Shown: positions 1-13,530 of the stretch, piece by piece | Position numbering within the stretch: the first letter of the stretch is position 1 | How the letters are laid out: each line of letters starts with the position of its first letter | Translations under genes and position numbers: made by a program | The notes under the pieces: model-generated | What the model was told of the DNA's origin: nothing | Database searches by the model: none | Seen by the model: the letters and a program-made list of their open reading frames with translations, nothing else | Assembly (NCBI GenBank): GCA_050084985.1 | Contig: JBITNC010000001.1 | Coordinates: forward strand, 177,816,001-177,880,000 | Direction: 5' to 3' | Length of the DNA stretch: 64,000 nucleotides | Origin: Nageia nagi | Lineage: Eukaryota; Plantae; Pinophyta

Positions 1-2259
1 TGATTCTTCCAATTCACCAAAGTTTGCGCAAACCTCCTCCTTTTTCTCTACATGAAACTCAAAAATTTCCTCATTATTCAGTCTTACCCTCTTATTCCCA
101 TAAGGGATCAAATAATGTGTGTAATCCATTGCTAGATAACCCCCTATCTTAGCTGTAAACTCTCTAGACAGACATAGCCCGAACAAAGGGGGCAGCTCAA
201 CAACTACAATTTCCTGAATAATAATTACAGAGGGACACTTATGTATTTTTAGGACTACATCCTTGATTACCCCTACTATTTTGATAGGTGTGGAATCCAG
301 TTGTAATACTCCGGTGGATGTTCTTATCATAGGCAACCCCATTACATCGCACACTACTTTAGGCATCACAGTAGTAGCTGCCCCAGAATCAACCAAACAA
401 TTATGGAGTACATATCCTTCGATTTCCAAAGTCATGTAAAAAGCTGGAGGTTTATTCTTTCCCATCCCCGGATATTTCGATGTTTCAAAAAGATTGAGCA
501 CTCTTTCCATTCCTTCATTCAATGCTATAAGAGATGTTTTCAGTAAATCAATTTGTCCGAGAATTTTTAGAGCTTCAAACAAGGACACTCTCGCTGGAGT
601 TCTCTTTAGCTCCACCATAATGTTGAACTCTGGGATAGCCAGAGGTTCACCAATTTTGTTTTTGAATCTGTCGGTAAATTTTTCCTGAAGCTGTAGAGTA
701 TCATCTTTTCTCTAGTGCTTGGTAAGTGAAGGGAACCTTAACCTCTAGAGATTTGGATCACTGGCTTTGGGTGTCTGTTTGGTTTCTAAAAATGGGAATT
801 TTTTGGAAATCATTTCCTTTTCTGGGATCTTTTCCTTAAAACTGACAACTGCATCTTGCTTTTTAGGAAACATTGCTCCGGAACTCTTTTGGGGTTCAAC
901 TTTTCTTTCCAGAATGCTGGAGACTAGGGGACTTTTTCCTGATCTTGTTTCCACAGCAAAAACTCCTATATCTGCTGGTGCAAAATTCATCAAGTTCACA
1001 TTTTGGTTCACATCATCAGCTACACTGGGCGGAGGAATACCCCCACTTCTTGATAGATACTCCTGGTATTGATAAACAGGGCATGTGGTTTGTTCATGAG
1101 CATCATTGCAGGCTAAACACAAACTAGAAGCTGACCCGGAAGAGGAAGCTTGGCTTACATCTTCATTCAACACATGCTGAGCTTTTTCTACAGTAGGATA
1201 AGGATATCTTCTTGCATTGTTTTATCTACTTAGAATGGTAATCTGGTTTGCCATATTTCTACACAAGTTTTGAAGTTCCTAAATCTCTGACGATGAAGCT
1301 ACCCCTTGATTCATATTAGGCTGATAAGGGGCTGGTAAAGCCAAGGGAGCTCTAGGGACTGGCAGGGGTGATGGCCACTATTGAACAGGAGCGGGCATGC
1401 TAGCTAGTGGTGGATCCAAACTAATTGCTTGAGGTCTCAAAATTTGCTGTTGAGCGGTTACTGGAAAATAAGGCATTGGCATGCGACTTGGCAATTTTCC
1501 AACTGTAATAAGATAGGATTCAGCATACACTGCTTGTCTATAGACCTCCGAGAAAGTATTTACTCCAGAATTTTGGATTTGCAGAGAGAGATCCGGAGGA
1601 AAGGCTCTCAGGTAATACATTAAGGCTTGAAATTGCTGAGGCCTAACTGGCATTGGGACTCTCATCCAAGTTTTTTGGAATCTAATATTGAAATCAGGGA
1701 TATTTTCTTGCTCATATCTTTTGATTGAAGTGAACTATGTTAATAGGGAAAAAGGATCTCCTAATTCATTAAATTCCAAGATAAAGGGCTCTGCCAGTTG
1801 AGCCCAAGTGGTTATAGATCCATTAGGAAGGCCCCTGTAACAATCTAGGACCTTTCCCTTGAAAGACTGAGCCAGTAATCTCACCATGACATCTTCATGC
1901 TGTATATTGTGAATCTTAGCTAGGCCAGCTACATCAACACAATGCTCATAAGCCATTTTCTCTGAAGTTGCATCAAACTCTGAAAGGGTTTTGAAAACAT
2001 TTGTTGGGATGTCATGCAACACCGCCAAGGCTATTGGTACCCCATTGTCCCATTCTGGATAAATATTCTGAGCTGGATTAGCCATTTTAGGAGAGGTATT
2101 TCTAGTGTGAAGATTGGATGATTCTGGCTTGATAAAGGATTTTAGGGAGCTGATACTATTTAGAGACTTGGACTTGATCAGGGTCTTTCTCTTAGGAGTA
2201 TCTAACGTTCTAAAATCTAGTGCTTCTTTTGCTGCTCTAGTTTTAGATCTTGTCCACAT
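1..2259 (-). pseudogene. gag-protease polyprotein interrupted by in-frame stops
   Basis: ORFs 1735-2259, 1378-1665 and 745-1173 share one frame and are separated by stops, including TAGs consistent with CAG>TAG; retropepsin DSG motif further downstream. Confidence 0.85.
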
Positions 2260-2378
2260 AAACTCTAGGTTGCAAAAGAAAATGACAGGTTCAAAAGCAC
2301 ATATGATATTTACAAATAATTTGCTTTAATACATACCATCGATAGTGCTTTAGCAGAGTCACCAATAAGTTTCTTCGT

Positions 2379-2396
2379 GTCCCACCAGGCGTGCCA
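2379..2396 (-). promoter_or_regulatory. primer-binding site, probably tRNA-Arg type (TGGCACGCCTGGTGGGAC)
   Basis: TGG-initiated 18-mer 11 nt inside the LTR end; resembles Ogre/Tat PBS. Confidence 0.7.
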
Positions 2397-2407
2397 AAAA
2401 GAAATAC

Positions 2408-4196
2408 TGTTGATTAGGATTATGTAATATATGCACCGTGAACAATCTTAACCAAAGTAAATCAAGAACAGACTATGGTGATAGTCTGATCTCCGGAGAA
2501 GGCCGGTTCCTTATACATTAGGTGTAGGAGAAGTAACAGGAAAGAAAAATAAAGAGTAGAGTGCGAGGGATTTAAGCAAAAAGGTTAGGGTAACAGGAAA
2601 GGAAAATAAAAGGAGTAGAGTGCAAGGAATTTAAGCAAAGGCTTAGGGTAATAAGAGAGAAAGCAAAGGTGGATCACTAGTTCAGTGTGGGCTTTCACAG
2701 TGTGTGAAACCTTGGTCTAAATCTAGTGTAGCAGCTACGGTACAAGCTCTCACTCTCAAATAGTTTCCCAGCTTTACTCTACCATGTAGTAGACACAGTT
2801 ATACTAGCAGTTCATGATTACCATTCAGGAAACAAGCCAAGCTGCCACGATGTAACCAAATTAAGAATCATAATTACAAGTGCTAGACAAGAAAGGTCAA
2901 GATGGTATCATATTACTAATAAAAACTACAGGTCTTCGAGAACAAATGTAAAGAGCAATACTAGGGCTTCCGACCCTTCTTTCACTTTATTTTCATATAC
3001 TTATACTGAAGCAACAATAGTTACAAGAATTGCAGAATAGAAATGTTTACAAAATGGCTTCAAGATTCTAGCCTTCTTTTAATTGATACTACCTACATAC
3101 GCCACTTGGTAGAATATTACAAAACTAGGTAGATTGCAGACGATACGGCTTCTTGATGACTGTGATCTGACTTCTCGCTATCCTCGTCTCTTCTAGGATA
3201 TTCTACTTACTGGCTCTGGCTATTTGATCTCTCTTTACTATTCTCATCTCTATATTCCAGAATGCTCTATTCACTAGCTCTGGCTATTTGATCACTCATT
3301 GCTGACCTCATCACTTCTGGGACCCAGTTTCATTCAAAAATGTGAACATCGTTCTACCTGTGATATCATCTTCATACTTTCAGAATGCTCTACTCACTTT
3401 CTCTAGAACCCGGGCTTTTCCACAATTGAGCTTTTATCATTTCATTTCGGAATGCTTTATCTACTGACCCCAGCCTTTTAATCACCCTTTGCTGACATCA
3501 TCATCTTTGGAACCTGGTCTTTACCAAAATGCAACTATCTTATCATCTTATTCTGGAATGCTTTACTTCTGGAACACTTAACTTTTAGGCTCCAGCTTCT
3601 TCGATTATCTCTTGCTAACCTCATCACTTTCGGGACCCAGTTTCATTCAAAATTATGAACATCATCCTCCCTGTGATGTCATCTTCATACTTTCGGAATG
3701 TTTTACTCACTTTCTCCGGAACCTAGGCTTTTTCACAATTGGGCTCTAGCCCTTCTTCTATGACATCATCATTTCATTCTGGAATGTTTTATTTACTGAC
3801 TCCGACTTATTAATTCCCCTTGCTGACGTCATCACTTCCGGAACCCGATTTCATTCAAAATTGTGAACATCATCCTCCCCGTGACGTCATCTTCATACCT
3901 CTGGAATGTTTTACTCACTTTCTCCAGAACCTGAGCTTTTCCACAACTGAGCTTTTATCATCTCATTCCAGAATGCTTTATCTACTGACTTCGGCCTTTT
4001 AATCACCCCTTGCTGACATCATCATATCCGGAACCCGATCTTTACCAAGACGTGACTATTTTATCTTCCGTGACATCATCGTTTTATCTGGCCCGCTTTA
4101 TTTATTCAAAAAACTTTTGGAGATCTTAAAATGAACTCATACAAGTAAAGTACACCGGGGCTCTAATAAAGAATTTATTATGTATGGATATACAAC
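2408..4196 (-). repeat. 5' LTR (~1.8 kb) of the gypsy element
   Basis: Terminal inverted TGTTG/CAACA; adjacent to PBS; copia 5'-UTR sequence resumes after 4196. Confidence 0.8.
3230..4090. repeat. complex tandem repeat (~120-210-bp units) in LTR U3
   Basis: Recurring gctgac(g/a/c)tcatca-cttc(c/t)ggaaccc, ttcattcaaaa..tgaacatc and ggaatg(c/t)ttta at ~3301, 3491, 3613, 3822, 4012. Confidence 0.85.
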
Positions 4197-5169
4197 AATG
4201 CTATGGGAATTTATTTTCAAAAGCTCATTTTTTTAAGTAAAAAAAGGGAGGTTATACTTATTTTTTACTTTTAAATAGTGAACTTGTGCAAAATTTTGAA
4301 ATTTATATAAAAAGATCCTTTTGGGGTTAGTAACAAAACTCATTGGAATGATAGGTTTCAATTTTGTTTTTGGATGGTGTATCATTTTTTTAAGCATTTT
4401 ACTTTATATTATGCATCTTTGCTTTATTTAATTTTACAAAAATCATAAACATGGAAAGTGTAACCCCCTAAAATGAACACATCTGCATGTATATTCTACA
4501 ACATAGCTTATTTAATAAGCCAAAAGGTGAGAATAAGGCATACTGAAGCCTTCAATCTAATGATCTAAATGGTGAAAAATATGTACTTCTTAATTTCTCC
4601 TAAGTTCTTTGTTGGTCTGAACACAACTCCATATAGGTGGACAAGAATGTGTGTACTGATACCACATGTCTGCATGTCCATTCAAAGATTATCTTGATAA
4701 CTTATGATGGTAAATTAAAATCTAATCAAGATAATAATTTGATTAATTTAATATACGTCAAAACCTTAGAAAATAGTTAGTACTCCTTGAGAGAGCATAT
4801 TACTAACCAAGGCAAACTAGTTAAGTATTGGTAGGACCTAGGCTCCACCTTATAGGCATCTAGGTGAAGACCTAATTTTAGATAAGAAAACAAGCCTCAA
4901 ATTTATCCCTCTCTACAACTATGGTACTTGGTTATGACAAAATTTTGAATGTATGGGAGTTATTATTTGATTCTATTATATACTTCTGCACCTATGACTT
5001 TTTTAAACAAGTTAAGCATGTCCTTTTATTAAAATTTATCATGTACATGTATGGTTGATTTATTTGAATAAATATAAACATCTATGAATGATTAAGCTCA
5101 ATATGTAAAGTTGATTAATTCGGTCCACATGCTTACGTTGGTTAACACTTTCACCTTCTTGTGTAGCAA

Positions 5170-8100
5170 ATGGAAGACACCTTCTTACCCAAGCACATTC
5201 TCTATGGTTTCAACTATGGTATTTGAGAATCTTGGATGAAAGATAAATTGTAGCCAAGAAAACTATGGCAAACAATTAGTGAGAACCTAGTTGCTCCTAT
5301 ATATAAGAAGGCACTTGAGGCTTACAACATAAAGAATGATTTGGAAATCTCCATGATTTTTTGTGTAGTATCAATGAAATGTTGCTTATGATATCCTCAT
5401 TAACCTCTGTAAAGAAATATTGGGATAGGCTCAACAAAATCTACCTAGGGTCTAAGTTTTTAAGAAGGTTTACCATTCTCCAAAAGTTACTTCAATCTCA
5501 TTAAGGAAAAGATAAAAATGTTACCATCTATTTGAACAAAATCATTTACTTTAAGATGCAACTTGTTAGTTGTGACTGTAATTAGATCAATGACAAGTTC
5601 ATGGTCTTCATAATTCCTCAAAACCTTTTTTCAAAGTTTAGTAACTTTGTTGTAGTTATTGAGACTAAGCTTGATGATTAAGAAGGAATATTCTCTCTTG
5701 AGAACCTTTCAAGGATCTTGATAAATCATAAGGAAATTCTTAACAAAAGGTGATGATCTCTTCTCCAAAGTACAATAATATTGCTTTAGGAGCAACCAAA
5801 ACTCCTTTCAAGAAGAAGTTCAAGTATCAAAACCAATCTTTCCCTACTACCCCTAAGAAGTTTGCAAGGAAGAGCAACTACAACTACAAGTAGAGAGATA
5901 GAAAGGGAAAGGCAAACAAACCAAATCTCAAGGAAAAATTTGATGGAAATTGTAACTTTTGTGTGGCTATGTTCACAAAAAATTTGATTGCTACAAAAAG
6001 AAAAGAGAAAAAAAGAAAAAGGGAAATGGAAATGTAAATAACTTCAAAGGGAAAAAAAATATTAAAGTTAGTTTTTTTGTGCTCTTTACTCCATGACTTG
6101 CACTTTCTTGACTAATATGATTATTGACTTTGTATGCACTAATCATATATGGTCTATGTGCCTAAGTTTTGAATGAATCTTCTTTTCATAATTCAAGTTA
6201 CAAGGAAAGGTTATTCATTTGAGTTTAACTCAAACTCTTGATGCATTAAGAAGGGACTTTCCACTTTGGTGAAAGGTTTAGTGAAATATTATCTATACAT
6301 TATGGATTAAGTTCCAACAAAGATGTGTCTTACTACAAATAGTTTCTATAGGGATAATATTTAGCACCAACATTTAGGGCACCTTAACCATAAAAGTATT
6401 CAAGCCATGAAAGAACAAGAACTTGTGGAAGGTTTACATTCGATTTTATCCATAATTATCTATGTGAGAAGTGCATCCTAGGTAAGATGAATAGACATAA
6501 ATTTGAAAAAGATAAGGTAATAAGAGAAACCCAATCTCTTCATCTTATGTATTCAGATTTGATGGATTCGTTTTAGACTAAGTCTCTTAAAGGAGCATGT
6601 TTTATCTTGACCTTCATTGACAACTTCAATAGGATGATATTTGGTTATATACTTGAGCATAAGGATCAAACCTTTGATAGGTTTAAAGACTTTAAGGACT
6701 TAGTTGAAAATCAAACTAACCTTAAAATTAATAGGTTGAGATCAGATAATCGGGGTGAGTATAACAATAATGAGTTTAATGACTATTGTACTAAGTATGA
6801 TATCAAGAGGCAATTTACAATTTCGTACACTCCTCAGCAAAATGTTTTTATTGAAAAGAAAAATAAGATAATTATGGAGATGGGTAAATACATATTGGGA
6901 AATCTTCCTAGTTTTTTGTGGGGTGAAGTTGTGAGCACTACAATTTACACCTTGAATAGGTATCCCATAAAAGTTGTTGAGGGTAAAACTCCTTCTGATG
7001 CATGGATAGGAAAGAAACCTAACATTTTTCACCTTAAGGTATTTGGTTGTGAAGAATTCTCCTACATTATTTCTAAGAAAAGAAAAAAATTTGATAAAAA
7101 ATTTAAAAAATGCATCTTTATGGGTTCTAATAGTCAACATAGAGGCTACAAGCTCTACTCTCCATCCTACATAGCAATGTTTGTATCAAGGGATGTTAAG
7201 TTTAATGAACTTCCTAAGGAATTTGCTTCTAATGAGAACATTGATGATTAAGATGACTCTTTAGATGCACCTATTTGGTTGGATATCGATGTAAATAATT
7301 CATCTCAGGAGAAAAATTATCTAACACAGAGAATAATAAGAAGTATGATCTTAAACAAATCCTTATTTGCAAAATTTGATAACAAGAATGAGCCCTCATC
7401 ATTCAAGGAAGCTTCAAAGCACAAATATTGGATGGAATCCATGAAATTTGAGTATGAGTTGCTTATGAAAAATGAAACTTGGGACTTGGTTCCATATCCC
7501 AATAAGAGGAATGTAATTGGTAATAAGTGGATTTACAAAGTCAAGTACAATTTGATTGGGGATATTGAGAAATACAAGATAAGGTTAGTGGACAAAGATT
7601 TTTCTCAAAAATATGGATTTGATTATAAGAAAACCTTTTCTCTTATGGAAAAGATGCTCATGGTCAAGATAATCCTTGCTCTTTCAGTAGTTTAGGGATG
7701 GAATAGTTTTCAACTTAACATCAAGAGTGCATTTATTAATGGTCGTTTAGATGTGAAAAATCTACATGAATCAACCAGAAGGGTTTGTTGTAGAAGGAAA
7801 AGATTCATTTGTATATAAACTAAATAAGTCTTTGTATGGACTTAAGTAAGCATTTAAAGCTTGGTATAAGAAGATTTCATATTACTTTACAGATAGTGGA
7901 TTCTCCAAGTGCTTCTTTGATTTTGATCTATATGTGAGCAATCAAGGAAAAGATGTCATCTTAATTATCCTTTATGTGGATGATCTTATGATCATTGAGA
8001 ATAATGATAAAATCATCCAAGAGTGCATATCCAAACTTAAGATAATGTTTGAAATGATTGATCTTGATCTCTTACATTACTACCTTGGAATGCAAGTGTA

Positions 8101-8915
8101 CCAATACAAAGATTGTACTTATCTTAGTCAATTCAAGTATATATCAAACATATTGTAAAAGTTTGGAATGGCAGAGTACAAATTTGTTACAATCTCAATC
8201 TCTCCTGGAATCAAGTTATCTCTTAGCTCTAACTCTCAGTTGGTAAATGCTACAACTTACAAGCAATTAATTGGCAGTCTATTGTATTTAACTATTTTCA
8301 TGCTAGATATTACCTTTGTTATGAATATGATGGTATAGTTTATGCAAAAATCATATGTTAAGCATCTTAATGTTGTTAAGCAAATCTTGAGGTATGTTGC
8401 GAAGATGAAAGATCTTACTCTCAAGTATTCCAAGTTTCCCTTATTTGTTCTCTTAGAGTTCTCAAATTTTGACTATGGTGGAGATAGAGATTATAAGAAA
8501 TCAACCTATGCATATCTATTTAGCATTGATTCAGATGTTATCACTTGGGCTTCCAAGAAGCATCCTACTATTTATCTTTCCACCATATAAGCCATATCTA
8601 TTACGACCTAGGAAGCTATTTGGCTTAGGCATCTTTTGAAAAAATTCAATATGAGAAAGTTCGCCCATCTTAGATTTCTTCATATAATTAGTCTACTATT
8701 TCTTTAGCTAAAAATCTTATTTTTCATCAAAGAACAAAATATATAAAAATCTAAGCACACTTCATAAGGAAGAAAGTTTTAGATGTCATCATACACTTGA
8801 AGTATTATCCATCTACCATGAACTCCACTTATTTGTTTATCAAGCCCCTTCATAAAGTTTAGTTTAGTAAGCTTAGGGATTCTATTGAGTTGGTGAAGTT
8901 TCCCTCAAGGGAGAG
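5170..8915 (+). pseudogene. copia gag-pol pseudogene (INT-RT-RH order), many stops and frameshifts
   Basis: ORF fragments 6607-7251 (integrase), 7279-7695 and 7934-8158 (RT), 8342-8590 (RT/RH). Confidence 0.9.
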
Positions 8916-9720
8916 TGAAGTTTGAATTCTTATGTTGAATTCATGTTTATAATGACAACTTCACCCTTAAGAGGATTTTTAGTTGTATAGTGTTGATTTG
9001 TGTACATTTGGCTAGTTCTTCTTATGTGATGAACTATTTGTACACTTGAGCATATAATAAAACATTGTTAGCACTGTTCAATTATCTATATGGAGGAACT
9101 TTTATGTGTATATGATGGATTCTTTTTCCACTGTTCAATTATCCATATGTGAGGAACTCATATGTGTTTTTTAGCACTATTTAGTTATCCATGTGTGAGG
9201 AACTTGTATGTGCATTTTATCATGCTTTATTTATGATAATAATCAATATATATTTTGTATACAACATGTGACTAAGAGTATTGAATTGGCATCTTTATGA
9301 TGACTTATAGTACACTATTGATCAATTTGTGGATGGCATTGCTTAATTCATTTATCCTTGTTGATATGAATGTGTACATGATGTATCTAACAAAACTTAT
9401 TTTTTGAGGTACCTATAACTTGTAGGTTCCTTCTTGACATTGCAGGTTACTTACTTTAGGTGTGCAAGCCCATAAAGGCTCATCATGTCAACTTTTGGTT
9501 GGATCAATACTTTATGTACATTAAAACTAGTTATGGTTAATGATTGTATTACAAACCATTTGTTATAATGGTAAAGTAGTGAGTCTTAAACTAAGATCTT
9601 GCTTACTTCATAAAGATCTAAAATTTATCATCTTTGATTGTATTTATATGGAGGAGAACTCTCTTACTCTCTCTTTCTTCTCTCTTTTTCACTCTATCCT
9701 AATATTGCATTAAAGGGAAG

Positions 9721-10219
9721 TATTGGAATGTATAATGCATTATTGTAAAGTTTTGTAAGGTTCTTATAAATTCACTAATACTTAAAGGTATCCCTAGATA
9801 CCTTAAGTATTTAAGTGAATATGATAATGTAACTTGTCCTACACTACTTATCATGAGCATGCCCTTTGGGTAAAAGGGTGAAGCATGTCATGCCTTTGTA
9901 CAATGGTTAAAAGGGTGATCCAAGGGAAGATTTTTGACTATATATAGAAGGCCCTCTCCTTGTGATCACTCACCAAAACTTGAAGCAAAGTTATGCCTTA
10001 GGATAACTGTTAGGAGAGGAATAATGAGGTCTTATAAGAGAGTCATCTTTGTGAATGAGAAAGATCTTAATTAATGGATGTACTCTCTTGTATGAGAGGA
10101 ACCACTTATATCTTGTATCAATTTGTGAGATAGTTTATGCTTTGAGTATTGTTGTTTATGAGAGCTTTAAAATAATCTTGGTAGAGTAGGATTGTGTTCT
10201 TTAAGGCTTAAATCCTTCA
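9721..10219 (+). repeat. 3' LTR of copia copy 1
   Basis: Follows PPT; starts tattggaatgtataatg (TG>TA decay), ends CA; homologous to 37629-38130 and 45679-46179. Confidence 0.85.
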
Positions 10220-10249
10220 ATTATCACATCTTATTTTTCTCAAGTATTG

Positions 10250-11502
10250 ACTGGTTACAACATGATACTCTTGGCACCATGAGGTATTATAGCCATAGGT
10301 AACCTCAACATGACTATATCGCTTATATCATATTTAATTTATTATGATATAAACTGGTTATGATACGATAATGTTAGCATCATGATGTGTTATAGCCATA
10401 TCTACCCTTAGCATGATTATGTTGACCTTATCATCATAACATACACTAGTACCACATTACACACACTTCACCTCTTTTTTTATACTGCATTATGCATCTC
10501 ATAAAATTTCATTTCCCATATCATGAAAAATGGCATAAAAAGGGCATCTGTAAACACCTAAAAATTGCTCATTCACCTAGCTTAGGTGAATCATGATAAT
10601 TTGGCATGTCTTATAGCTTATGATGATCACATTAGCCCATAGACATTGTGTGATAGCTCTCACATGATTAGTTTTGGTAACATGGTCTCTTATTACCACT
10701 TTATCATCCCTAACCCTAACCAACCAATCGGTTGGTACCTATCAAAATATAAAAGTCAATTCAAAATCACTTCACACTACCACCAATGACTATCTCATGA
10801 TTTCTTGTATGATCAACCTCCTTTCCACTATGTATATGAATCTTGGTAGCTTGGTACACCCGTGTGAGCTCAACCCATAATTATCTAGGGTAAAAGAGAG
10901 CTTTTGTCCTCTTCTAAGAAAGAGAATCTTGAGTAAACTCATGTGATTTGGATTTTTATTTAGAATAATATTATTTCAAGTTGTTTTGTAGGTCTTGGAG
11001 CTCACCCAAGTGCATCAAATCATATCCTTTTGTGATATTTCCAATTAACTTGTGCATGGTTGAATTTTAATATATTCTAGGCTAGTCTCTTGTAGAATTA
11101 GGCTAGGTAATGTAGGTTTTTTATATCAATATCAAATCATTTATTTATTTTTTAGTTTATGTTAGCTTGCATATTAGGCATTGAGTCATTTTTGAGTGTG
11201 TTTTTGATTCAAGGCTTAGGGGATTTACAAGCTAATAAGTCACATTTTATTTGGTTGTATGGTCTTAAGGACCTAGAGCTTATAAACTCCCTTAAAAATT
11301 TATTTTATATGTCAATTGGCATTTTGGGAGCTTCACAATGGATAAATATCTAACCCTTCACTCTATTTTATCTTGTTATCATTTGTCATATCATTACCAA
11401 GCAATATTTTAGATATTACAAGTGGGTCCCCATAAGATCCTTGGGTTATCATATTTTGGGTGTGTTTAGCTCAAGTGGTGGGGTCTTGTGGGTTGCCTTA
11501 CA
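10250..11502 (+). mobile_element. Tat/Ogre-like 3' end remnant: two ~105-bp repeats, PPT-like aaaaagggcatc, then LTR-like sequence from 10549
   Basis: Repeats at ~10250 and ~10353; tgtaaacacctaaaaattg at 10549 resembles Ogre-type LTR starts; possible end ccttaca at 11502. Confidence 0.4.
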
Positions 11503-13043
11503 CACCTACTCTCATTAATATTCTCCTTGGTGATAGCAAAGTCCCTAAGGTTAAATAATTACTATAAGATAATCAAGATGTCATGAGGTCTCTTAAGGAG
11601 AACATAACAGTATCCTAGGATCAACAAAATAAATATGTAGATCAAAAAAGGATTGAATGTGCATTTGGAGGAGATATGATGTATCTAAGGCTATAACCCT
11701 ATCATTAATACATGCTCAAGCATAATGATTTTGAAAAGTTGATACCTCAGTTCTTTGATCCTTACAAAATGCTACACATGATAGGGGAGGTTGCATATGA
11801 AATAGAACTACAAACCATAAGAGAAATTAATAATATTTTTGATGTCTCTTGTTAGAAGAAGATCTTTGGGAAACAAGTGGTACCATCACAAGAACTACCA
11901 ACCCTTGATAAGGACAGAAAGCTAATGTTGGTAACTAAAAAGATATTAGATACCAAGGAGAAGAAATTAAGATCCAAAATCCTCAAAGAATATTTGATCA
12001 AGTGGAACATGTCAAAAGAAGATGCCATATGGGAAAGATCATATATTTTCACACATCTGAAATTGAATTGCTTGAGGGAAGAGATGTAACATTCCATTAT
12101 TGGAATAATACATGATTAAATAAATTCAAGCGTATTTGTAATTAATTATGATTTTGTATTATTAGTTCTAAAGCCCCTCTTTTAGTAAAGAGTAGGCCCA
12201 TTTATTATTTATGTTATGATATCAAGGGTTATGCCTAAGGGGATATTGGCCTTCCTTGAAATAAGTTATGCATTTAGGACATCTAGGAGTGATTTGTATG
12301 ATTCTAAGGTACAATTATTCTCCTAAGATCCAACATCTAGGCATGCATGATCCTAGTTGATTATGGGGACCCCAAGGTGGACATATAGCATCCTTGGATG
12401 ATGTATGGGTATAAGGAGATTTAGACGCATGAGGGAAGGACATATTTGCATATTCAATTATTCTCTTTGATACTTGGACAACACCATCCTTTTCATAGGA
12501 TTGAAAGCCTCATCAAGATTTTGTGTCCTTTGGTGGAGCCTCATTAAGCCCCTAATAGTTTGTGGAGCCTCATCAAGCCCATGCGAAGACTTTCAATGTT
12601 CAGTTCAGTTTGATTCTCATCCAAAAGTGTGACATCAACCTTTTAGAGGTGTTAGAGTACTAGATCTAGCCCGTAATAGAGACGTTGATCCCTTCAAGCC
12701 ATTATTATTGTATTATGAGCATTTGTAGTTGGATGTTTAACCCTAGAGGCCACTATCAATAATATCAGATTTGAGTTTCTTGGTGTCCATATTTGTCTCT
12801 TAGATTTTTTTTTTATATTGTTAAGAAAGTATCCTAATATTCCTAATTTAGAATATTGCATTATTAAACTTTGTTTGGGCTTCTCCCTCTAGATAAACTT
12901 TCATAGAGTTACTTGGCATACTTGTTATCTCACATACAAATTTATAAGCATAGGTTTGATTAATATTCATAACCAATATCTTGCATTGTGTGTGAAATAG
13001 ATAATCAAAGCTTTGTATAGGGAGTGAAAAAAATTTCTATGTC
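11503..13043 (+). mobile_element. Ty3/gypsy chromovirus 3' fragment: integrase C-terminus, chromodomain, PPT, LTR from 12085 (end uncertain)
   Basis: GDMMYLRL.PY, FFDPYK..IGEVAY, chromodomain KILDTKEKKLRSKILKEYLIKW..EDAIWE; gagggaagaga then TGTAAC. Confidence 0.8.
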
Positions 13044-13530
13044 ATTTGTATTTTCTCTAGTTTTTCTAATGGAAAATGGGCTTAAAAAGATGTTAGTTTT
13101 CAAAATCTATTAGTTAATTACAAACCTATTATAATTATATGTTATTTTATTATCAAGTGTATTTGGAAGGCTTGTGAGTATATCAAATCTTGGTTTCATT
13201 GGGAAGGGTCTAAAATTTAATTTAGTTTATCAAGTAATTTTCAAAACCTTTAGTGGTCACTACTTTTTGAATAAGATACATTTGTTCTTCCCTTATTCCC
13301 TTAGTTCATCCTCTTCATTTTTATTACAAGAAAATTTTGTGATTAACAAATGTTATCAATTATCAAATTCAAGATTTCCTTCCATGGATAGCTTTTAAAT
13401 GAAAATTTTGACTTACAAACTCACATGAAATTGCTTATTATTATTTAAAGGATATTATATCATATATAATTGAAGTCTAATATCATTTCATAATGGCCAT
13501 GGTGAAAATATTAAAATTGACATATGAAAG

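Larger units (their letters stand above)
1..4196 (-). mobile_element. Ty3/gypsy (Tat/Ogre-like) LTR retrotransposon, 5' part (LTR, PBS, gag, protease); continues off the window start
   Basis: Minus-strand gag (DVMVRLLAQSFKGK..RGLPNGSITTWAQLAEPF), Zn knuckle CLACNDAHEQTTC, aspartic protease NCLVDSGAATTVMP (~361-402), PBS at 2379-2396, LTR TGTTG..CAACA 2408-4196. Confidence 0.9.
4197..10219 (+). mobile_element. Ty1/copia element copy 1 (decayed; 5' LTR displaced out of window by the gypsy insertion)
   Basis: gag ATG 5170, integrase (RLRSDNRGEY, YTPQQN), RT (KWIYKVK, ILYVDDL), RNase H, PPT aaagggaag, 3' LTR 9721-10219; colinear with copy 2. Confidence 0.92.

Noticed and set aside
3230-4090. CRISPR-like repeat/spacer appearance
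   Set aside because: The spacers are themselves repeated, the context is a eukaryotic LTR, and there are no cas genes
4280-4970. Group I or group II intron identity for the structured block
   Set aside because: No P/Q/R/S elements or domain V consensus could be found by eye
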